DNA of 38,677 nt from Candidatus Staskawiczbacteria bacterium RIFCSPLOWO2_01_FULL_33_13 (GTDB taxonomy: Bacteria > Patescibacteriota > Minisyncoccia > Minisyncoccales > Staskawiczbacteraceae), in NCBI GenBank assembly GCA_001820215.1, contig MHOW01000011.1, positions 13,579 through 52,255 on the forward strand. The letters run 5' to 3'. The notes beneath the pieces were generated by a model. The model was not told the origin of the DNA and did not search any database. It saw only the letters and a program-made list of their open reading frames with translations. Shown here in pieces: positions 32,480 through 38,677 of the stretch. Made by a program: the position numbers and the translations under genes. Each line of letters starts with the position of its first letter. Positions within the stretch are counted from its first letter, which is position 1.

Positions 32480-32860
32480 ATGACAAAAAAAACAAAAGAC
32501 AATAATGCTCCTTATGGAGCAGAGCTTCTCGTAGATCTTCATGATTGTGACTTAGTAGGATTGGTTAATAAGGAAAAATTAACCGAATTTTTCGTGACCT
32601 TATGTGAAAAGATTGATATGAAACGGCATGGCAACCCACTTTTTTGGGAGGATTACAGCGATCTGCCTCACCTTAATGGTGTTTCTGCTATGCAGTTTAT
32701 CGAAACGAGCACTATTGTGTGCCACCCTCTTCCAATGTTAAACTCCGTCTATGTTAATATTTTCTCTTGCAAAGAGTTTGATGAACAAGTGGCTCTTGAT
32801 TACTGTATTAATTTTTGGCGAGCCAAAAAAGAGGTACACAATTTAGTAGTGAGAACTTAA
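32480..32860 (+). CDS. S-adenosylmethionine decarboxylase-related (SpeH/SpeD class 1 fold) protein
   Basis: GAELLVDLHDCD ... GVSAMQFIETSTIVCHP ... VYVNIFSCKEFD parallels G.H...D.YGC ... GvS....l.ESHisIHTwPE ... vDvFtCG. ETS occupies the place of the usual ESH processing site. Confidence 0.7.
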   Translation: MTKKTKDNNAPYGAELLVDLHDCDLVGLVNKEKLTEFFVTLCEKIDMKRHGNPLFWEDYSDLPHLNGVSAMQFIETSTIVCHPLPMLNSVYVNIFSCKEFDEQVALDYCINFWRAKKEVHNLVVRT

Positions 32861-32869
32861 ATCTAAAAC

Positions 32870-33187
32870 ATGAACATATTTTATCAGTTTTTATTCATAT
32901 TCGTTACTACTGGATTTTTTGTTGCTTGCAATGTAATAACGGCACAGTGGGCTAAAACGGGCCAAAATTTGCTTTGGATTCCGGTTTTTGTATGTGCCAT
33001 GATCGGATATATACTCTTTGGGCTATTAATAAAGCAAACTAATCTTGCTGTTAGTTCTGGCTTAGTTGATGCTCTTTTGGTTGTGCTTTCCATATCAATT
33101 GGAATCTTTATTCTAAAAGATGCAGTTAACACTCAACAAATAGTGGGGCTTGTCCTTGCTTGCCTTGCCGTAATACTTATGATATAA
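32870..33187 (+). CDS. Small 4-TM DMT/SMR-like membrane protein
   Basis: 105 aa with four hydrophobic helices. It starts 9 nt after the previous gene. Confidence 0.5.
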   Translation: MNIFYQFLFIFVTTGFFVACNVITAQWAKTGQNLLWIPVFVCAMIGYILFGLLIKQTNLAVSSGLVDALLVVLSISIGIFILKDAVNTQQIVGLVLACLAVILMI

Positions 33188-33228
33188 TAATAGCATAGGT
33201 GCTTATTTAATTAGAAAATTTTTTAAAT

Positions 33229-34056
33229 ATGAAATTAAGTAACTCTTCAAAGATTATTATTATACTTTTTTTGTTGACGGTTGTTTTCTGGATTAGTCTT
33301 TTCTTTATTACCGATAGTGCAATCCTCGATAATATTAGGAGATTTACACAGATACCATTAGTTATCATTCCTCTTATTGGTGGTCTTTTGGGACTTAGAA
33401 ATGGTTTAAATTGGGGGGGTATGAAAAGCGTATTAGGAAGATCTGTTTTGGGTATTAGCCTTGGTTTGCTTGCCTGGGCCGGCGGTATGATTATATGGAA
33501 TTACTATCTTTTCTTTACTGTTGTAGAAGTCCCTTATCCATCTTTGGCAGATGTTATTTTCATATTAAGTTGGCCGTTATGGACTTATGGACTTTTGCAA
33601 TTGTCTCGAGCCATTGGTCTCAGATTTGCTTGGAAGAATTTATCACATAAGAAAAGTATATTTTTTATTTCGGGAATCATTATTCTATTATCAGTCTATC
33701 TTATATTCGGCGTAGCTCGCGATTGGGGAGTGTCGTTTACTGATTTAAATATTAAGTTATTTTTTGATATTTTCTATCCCATAGGAAGTATTGTAATATC
33801 CACTCTAGTATTTTTAATATACTGGCTTTCAAAAGGTTTTCTTGGGGGTATTTATAAAACTTCAATTATTGTGCTTTTCTCGGGCTTTATTATGAATTAT
33901 GCTTCGGATTTTACGTTTTCATTAACAACAACTAACGAAACTTACTTTAACGGACATTTTGTTGATTTTATGTTTACTGTGGCAATGTTTATTTTGTCCC
34001 TTGGATTATCAATGTTAAATTCTAGTATTTTAAATATAAGAGAAGATAAAAAGTAA
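33229..34056 (+). CDS. Multi-pass membrane hypothetical protein
   Basis: 275 aa with about 8 hydrophobic helices. Confidence 0.6.
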   Translation: MKLSNSSKIIIILFLLTVVFWISLFFITDSAILDNIRRFTQIPLVIIPLIGGLLGLRNGLNWGGMKSVLGRSVLGISLGLLAWAGGMIIWNYYLFFTVVEVPYPSLADVIFILSWPLWTYGLLQLSRAIGLRFAWKNLSHKKSIFFISGIIILLSVYLIFGVARDWGVSFTDLNIKLFFDIFYPIGSIVISTLVFLIYWLSKGFLGGIYKTSIIVLFSGFIMNYASDFTFSLTTTNETYFNGHFVDFMFTVAMFILSLGLSMLNSSILNIREDKK

Positions 34057-34073
34057 TAATTTTTTAAAAATTT

Positions 34074-34367
34074 ATGAATGACTTAGCTCGATTTCCACAA
34101 ATAGTGCTAAGGATTATAAAAGAACAGGAAGCTGTAATCGGTCCTTTGGCTTGGGACGAAGCGCGGAAGGTGCAGGGAATTGTGGTGGTTGACCAAAAAA
34201 GAGGAGAAATAAATTTACAAAATGGCGATACAAAAGAAATTATTGATAAATTAGTTAACCAATACGAAAGGCTTTTTGGTAGGGCTTCTCGCGAAGTCTG
34301 CAGAGAAGCTGTGCAAGACTTAATTGCCGAGATGCCTCCGGAAGAAATACCATCGAGTTTGAAATAG
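34074..34367 (+). CDS. Small soluble hypothetical protein
   Basis: 97-aa ORF. A diverged copy of its 3' end is found at 34719-34797. Confidence 0.55.
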   Translation: MNDLARFPQIVLRIIKEQEAVIGPLAWDEARKVQGIVVVDQKRGEINLQNGDTKEIIDKLVNQYERLFGRASREVCREAVQDLIAEMPPEEIPSSLK

Positions 34368-34450
34368 AAGTTCATTAAAATGTTTTGTACAAAATTGAAA
34401 AGCCTCATTCGGGGCTTTTTGGGCAAGGCCCGAAAGATTGACATGTCGCT

Positions 34451-34708
34451 TTGGAAGAATATAATGAAAATATGAAAGAGGATTTATCAGAGTTAATAGA
34501 ATATTTAGATAAAAAATTCAATAAAGTTGAGGGTGATTTTACTGAATTAAAAGAAAACTTTCACAGCCTTCAGGCTTCAGTTGATATATATGCGCATAAG
34601 GCAGATACATATTTTCAAGAAATGGTAATGTTAAGTCATAAAGTTGACCGTCATGAAAAGTGGCTCCAAAAACTGGCGGAAAAGTTAGGAGTTAAATTAG
34701 ATTATTAA
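34451..34708 (+). CDS. Small coiled-coil hypothetical protein (likely ATG at 34472)
   Basis: MKEDLSELIEYLDKKFNKVEGDFTELKENFHSLQ... shows a heptad-like pattern. Confidence 0.5.
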   Translation: MEEYNENMKEDLSELIEYLDKKFNKVEGDFTELKENFHSLQASVDIYAHKADTYFQEMVMLSHKVDRHEKWLQKLAEKLGVKLDY

Positions 34709-34718
34709 AATTATTTTG

Positions 34719-34797
34719 GAAGAGTATGCAGGGAGGCGGCACAGGTTTAATAATTGCAAAAATGCTTCCAGGGGAAATCCCATCGAGTTTGAAGTAA
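34719..34797 (+). pseudogene. 3' remnant paralogous to the end of 34074-34367
   Basis: ...GLIIAKMLPGEIPSSLK* compares with ...QDLIAEMPPEEIPSSLK*. The nucleotide match is about 80-85% by eye over ~75 nt. Confidence 0.5.
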
Positions 34798-34876
34798 TAA
34801 TTATTGCTTAATAAATAAAAAAGCGGATAATATGCTATTCGCTTTTTTGTATGTTATAATTTAAAAATAAAAATAT

Positions 34877-35398
34877 ATGAAAAAGTTGATTATTGTTGTT
34901 GGCACCATTTCAGAACCTAAAATTAAATATTTAAAGGATGTTTTAAGGGAACTAAGAATGATAGCAACAATAATTCCGATAAAAGTAAATAGTCAGGTTT
35001 CTGAACAACCAAAAACATCGGTAGAAACTAAAAGAGGCTCAATAAATCGTGCTAAAAAAGCGTTCCAAGAAAAGCCCAATGTGGATTTTGCAGTAGGGAT
35101 TGAAGTTGGATATCATAAAAATTATAAAAGAAAATATGAAATGTTTTGCTGGGTTACTATAATTGGTGAGGATGGTTTCCAGCTATCAAACCAATCGCAT
35201 AAGTTTTTACTCCCTCAATTTCATCAAAATCTTTTGCATAAGGATTTGTATATAGGAGATAATTTAGATGGATACCATAAAAACAAAAAAGATCTTATTA
35301 AAAAACATATAGACGATATTATTCGTCATAGAAAACCATTTATAGAAAATGCACTAAAACACTCATTGATTCACTATTTTAATAGGGAAGATTTTTAA
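34877..35398 (+). CDS. yjjX: Inosine/xanthosine triphosphatase (YjjX / DUF84 family)
   Basis: VGTISEPKIKYL ... VNSQVSEQPKTSVETKRGSINRAKKA ... DFAVGIEVG parallels the E. coli YjjX pattern V.SGV.EQP.G.EET..GA.NRA...DF.V.IE.G. Confidence 0.75.
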   Translation: MKKLIIVVGTISEPKIKYLKDVLRELRMIATIIPIKVNSQVSEQPKTSVETKRGSINRAKKAFQEKPNVDFAVGIEVGYHKNYKRKYEMFCWVTIIGEDGFQLSNQSHKFLLPQFHQNLLHKDLYIGDNLDGYHKNKKDLIKKHIDDIIRHRKPFIENALKHSLIHYFNREDF

Positions 35399-35407
35399 AA
35401 TAAAAAT

Positions 35408-35971
35408 ATGAAAATATATCTTGCAACCACAAATAAAAAAAAGATGTTAACAGCACAAAAAGCATTATCGAAATATAACATTGATTTGGAAATGCTGGAA
35501 TTAGATTATGAAGTTCCCGAAATTCAGTCCTTTTCTGTTGAAGAAATTGCTAAGTTTTCAGCAAAATTTGTTGCAAATAAGGAACATAAGCCAGTATTTG
35601 TAACTGATGCAGCCTTTTTTATTGAAAGTTTGAATGGTTTTCCCGGTCCATTCATGAAACAAATTAATCATTATCTATCAAGCCAAGATATTTTAAACTT
35701 ATTAAAAGATAAAACAAATAGGAAGTTTAAACTTATAGAATGCCTAGCTTTTTGCCAACCTCATCAGGAATCTGTAACTTTTTCATCAACTATGCACGGC
35801 ACAATGACAGAAAAAGCCGAGGGTGAAGGGCTTTCCATTGATAGAATTATGATTTGGGATGGATTGCAAAAAGTTGAAGCCTTGTATTCTGATGATGAAA
35901 TGGTTGAATATTTTCAGAAGCATTTGGATTCTTACCAGCAATTTGGTAAATATTTAGATCATTTAAAATAA
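35408..35971 (+). CDS. rdgB: Non-canonical purine NTP pyrophosphatase (Ham1/RdgB family)
   Basis: MKIYLATTNKKK ... EVPEIQS ... FVTDAAFFIESLNGFPGPFMK. Confidence 0.85.
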   Translation: MKIYLATTNKKKMLTAQKALSKYNIDLEMLELDYEVPEIQSFSVEEIAKFSAKFVANKEHKPVFVTDAAFFIESLNGFPGPFMKQINHYLSSQDILNLLKDKTNRKFKLIECLAFCQPHQESVTFSSTMHGTMTEKAEGEGLSIDRIMIWDGLQKVEALYSDDEMVEYFQKHLDSYQQFGKYLDHLK

Positions 35972-36028
35972 AATGAAAATATGTGTATTGTGTGGTAAAA
36001 TGAATAATTAATTTTAATTCACTAAACT

Positions 36029-37408
36029 ATGTTTGGATTTGGACAACGTAAAAAAATTACTGAAAAGCTCTACCAGCAAAATCTTGAGCTTGCGGTAACA
36101 AACAAAACTCTTTCGCTACTTGAAGAGTTATATCAAAAAAGTACCCTCACTTTGACGCCAGAGGAAATGGCGCAGGAGATTGCCAATGTTATCTGCAAAG
36201 ACTTAAATCTTGAGTTAGCGGGAATACTGATATTTAAGAAAGAAAGCGATTCCCTTGTGCCCCTCGCTTTTTCAAAGTCCGAAAGGCTTGTTAAAACCCT
36301 GCAAAAATTGGGGTTCTTTTTTCGCGACATAACAATTCCAAATATTTCAAAATCAAATTTTCTAAAAAAAGTCGTTTATGAAAAGACGGAAAACATAACA
36401 GATGATCTTTACGAGGTTTTTGGAGATTTAATATTAAAAGATCACTTAAAAGAAGTTAAGTTGCAGTCTCATATTAAGACTATATTAATGTACCCTTTGA
36501 TAAAAAGCGGAGAAGTGCTCGGAGTGCTCATTTTAGCTTTTAATCGCAATTATAATAATTTAAATTCTTTTGAAAAGGCTTCCATAAGAAGCTTTATCAA
36601 CGCAATAGCTCTTTTGCTGGACAAAGCCTATTTATATAAAGACTTGCAGGATTCTTATGAGGTGACAAAAAAGGCGTATGCCCTAGAAAAACAGGCAAAG
36701 AAAGAGATTGAAAAACTGGATAAGTTTAAAGACCAATTTTTGATGACTACCCAGCATAATTTACGAACTCCTTTAACCTCAATGATGGGCTATTCTGATT
36801 TATTGTTAAACGGAACTTTTGGCAAGCAAAATAAAAAAACTACAGAAGTTATTAAAAAATTCCAGACTCTAACACAAGGAATGATAAAAATGGTAAATGA
36901 CTTTTTGGACATGGCGCAATTTGAATTGGGAAAAAGCGTGGTGGTATTAAAACCGGGGGTTGAACTTTTACCTATTTTAGATGAAATAATGGGCGAACTT
37001 GCTTTTAAGTCTGAAACAAAAGGGGTGTATCTTAAATTTCAAAAACCCAAAAAAAATATTTTAATTAACGCGGATAGAGAAAAATTAAAAGCGGCTTTAT
37101 TTAATATTGTTGATAATTCGGTAAAATATACGGTGAAAGGTGGAGTTGATATAAAATTAGAATATAATAGCGGAGTGAAAATTATAGTTTCTGATACTGG
37201 CATAGGTATTTCAGAAGAAAAGATGCACAGTCTTTTTGATAGCATGTTTGAAAGGGGAGATGAAGCTAAAAAAGTATCCACAATAGGTAGTGGAGTGGGG
37301 TTATACTTGTCTAACAAAATTATTAAATTCCACAACGGCAAGCTTTGGGTGGAATCAGGGGGAGAGGGAAAGGGGTCTGTGTTTTATATTGAATTGCCGA
37401 TTAAATAA
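36029..37408 (+). CDS. Cytoplasmic sensor histidine kinase with a GAF-like N-terminal domain
   Basis: H-box QHNLRTPLTSMMGYSDLL. N-box NIVDNSVKYT. G1 DTGIGI. G2 GSGVGLYL. No TM helix and no adjacent response regulator. Confidence 0.9.
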   Translation: MFGFGQRKKITEKLYQQNLELAVTNKTLSLLEELYQKSTLTLTPEEMAQEIANVICKDLNLELAGILIFKKESDSLVPLAFSKSERLVKTLQKLGFFFRDITIPNISKSNFLKKVVYEKTENITDDLYEVFGDLILKDHLKEVKLQSHIKTILMYPLIKSGEVLGVLILAFNRNYNNLNSFEKASIRSFINAIALLLDKAYLYKDLQDSYEVTKKAYALEKQAKKEIEKLDKFKDQFLMTTQHNLRTPLTSMMGYSDLLLNGTFGKQNKKTTEVIKKFQTLTQGMIKMVNDFLDMAQFELGKSVVVLKPGVELLPILDEIMGELAFKSETKGVYLKFQKPKKNILINADREKLKAALFNIVDNSVKYTVKGGVDIKLEYNSGVKIIVSDTGIGISEEKMHSLFDSMFERGDEAKKVSTIGSGVGLYLSNKIIKFHNGKLWVESGGEGKGSVFYIELPIK

Positions 37409-37421
37409 ACAAGTAGTGAAG

Positions 37422-37458
37422 CCACCCTGTGAATAAAATTCATAGGGTGGTTTTTTTT
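37422..37458 (+). terminator. Intrinsic terminator after the kinase gene
   Basis: CCACCCT pairs with AGGGTGG around a 15-nt loop. TTTTTTTT follows. Confidence 0.8.
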
Positions 37459-37583
37459 GCATATAGTATAATTAAACAAAGGCGACCCAAATCTACGAAT
37501 GACACCCTAATGACACGAATACATTTTCGTATTAGTAAATTAGAGTGCAATTAGTAAATTAGTGTCGCATAAGCGAAGCGCTT

Positions 37584-38677
37584 ATGAATGTTGAACCTCA
37601 GCGACTTAAAAAGTTTCTTGTAGATGCCGAACTTGTAAGTGCGGCTGATTTTGATGCTGCATTGGAAATAAGCGTTAAAACCAACAAAAAAGTTGGAGAA
37701 GTTTTAGTTTCAAAAAAACTTATTGATCAAGAAAAGTTAACCAAATTTGAAGCCTACCTTTTGGGAATTCCTTTTGTCAATTTAGGCCAAGAAGCTATTT
37801 TGCCCGAAATACTTAATATTATTCCAGAACAGATTGCAAGGGCCCATAATATAATTGCGTTCAGAAAAGTAGAAAATAATCTTGAAGTTGCTATGCTTGA
37901 CCCGGAAGATTTAACCACTATTGAATTTATAAAAAAACAAAGTCCACTTTTAAAGATTTTACCAAGGCTTACTACTCCTGAAGGCATAAAAAATGCGTTG
38001 CGCCAGTATCAAAAAACTTTGGATATAGAATTTGGAGATATTATGGGTAAAAGTCAAGATATGGCAGGCCATATAGAAAAAAATGGAGAAGTTTTGGATA
38101 AAAAAGAAGAATTAATAAAGGCCTCTCAAGATTTGCCGGTGATAAAAATTGTTGATACTTTATTGAAGCACGCTATTTTGCAACGATCATCAGATGTGCA
38201 TATAGAACCTTTAGAAAAAGATGTTATTGTGCGATTTAGAATTGATGGCATTCTTCACGATATTATGAATTTCCCTATTGCCACTGCGATGGGTATTGTG
38301 GCCAGAATAAAAGTGTTATCTAATTTGAAACTTGATGAGCATAGGTTACCACAAGACGGAAGATTTAAAATTGAAACAGATGATTATAAATATTCTGCCA
38401 GGGTTTCGGTTTTGCCTGTTTTTAATGGTGAAAAAATTGTAATGAGATTGCTTGCTGAAAATTCAAAAGTGCAAAGTTTGGAAAGTTTAGGTCTTGCGGG
38501 AGAAGATTTAAAAACCGTACGCAATAATTTAATAAGGCCTACTGGTATGATATTAATTACAGGGCCAACAGGTTCGGGTAAAACAACCACGCTTTATTCA
38601 ATGATGGATATTCTTAACACCCCAAATGTGAATATATCAACTGTTGAAGATCCTATTGAATATAGAATGCCAAGAAT
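37584..38677 (+). CDS. pilB: Type IV pilus assembly / T2SS ATPase (PilB/GspE family), N-terminal 364 aa (runs off the window end)
   Basis: Own translation from ATG 37584 gives MNVEPQRLKKFLVDAELVSAADFDAALEIS... (GspE_N domain), then SDVHIEP, RFRIDG, LPQDGRF and Walker A GPTGSGKTTT. No stop lies in the window. Confidence 0.92.
   Translation, partial: MNVEPQRLKKFLVDAELVSAADFDAALEISVKTNKKVGEVLVSKKLIDQEKLTKFEAYLLGIPFVNLGQEAILPEILNIIPEQIARAHNIIAFRKVENNLEVAMLDPEDLTTIEFIKKQSPLLKILPRLTTPEGIKNALRQYQKTLDIEFGDIMGKSQDMAGHIEKNGEVLDKKEELIKASQDLPVIKIVDTLLKHAILQRSSDVHIEPLEKDVIVRFRIDGILHDIMNFPIATAMGIVARIKVLSNLKLDEHRLPQDGRFKIETDDYKYSARVSVLPVFNGEKIVMRLLAENSKVQSLESLGLAGEDLKTVRNNLIRPTGMILITGPTGSGKTTTLYSMMDILNTPNVNISTVEDPIEYRMPR

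Noticed and set aside
1-38677. Alternative genetic code (UGA recoded, as in some CPR lineages)
   Set aside because: Several well-supported genes end in TGA (stops at 12123-12125, 22277-22279 and 31663-31665). All long ORFs are intact under code 11.

Overview
This is a low-GC bacterial chromosomal segment using the standard code: TGA serves as a stop and a 2569-codon ORF stays open. Gene content suggests a small-genome, Patescibacteria/CPR-like organism (inference). Supporting traits are a pyruvate kinase lacking its C-terminal domain, a type IV pilus ATPase, many small secreted or membrane hypotheticals, and hairpin terminators in short spacers. Housekeeping genes: partial ECF sigma factor, pyk, HAD-IB hydrolase, a CaCA and a CPA2 antiporter, csp, cupin, dcd, yjjX plus rdgB, a GAF histidine kinase, and partial pilB. 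Four accessory modules stand out. (1) 6992-9957: a very AT-rich, translationally coupled three-gene cassette (SMEK-like protein, 80-aa middle component, coiled-coil ABC ATPase). It resembles an ABC-three-component (ABC-3C) conflict system, and its effector half is unassignable. (2) 12880-14978: a large serine recombinase whose 3' end overlaps the 3' end of tRNA-Asn(GUU). Next to it, a small GIY-YIG gene sits between the intact tRNA and a duplicated tRNA 5' fragment carrying a hairpin in its D-loop. (3) 22325-30642: a Sec-signal-bearing SpvB / FG-GAP / RHS-YD giant polymorphic toxin. It has an internal block of four Ig-like repeats, a DPTGL cleavage-type motif and an unassigned 204-aa C-terminal domain. 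That domain has papain-clan-like motifs in which Ser replaces the expected Cys. Two paralogous small membrane proteins follow and are candidate immunity proteins. (4) 30671-32064: a RAYT-type Y1 HUH transposase with four REP-like hairpin copies. The region also holds a duplicated 5' gene stub and two genes truncated exactly at REP copies. Other observations: a candidate structured leader RNA with GAAA and UUCG tetraloops, helically phased 10-bp doublet repeats, and several long intergenic palindromes. All domain names come from motif recognition by eye; no database search was run.
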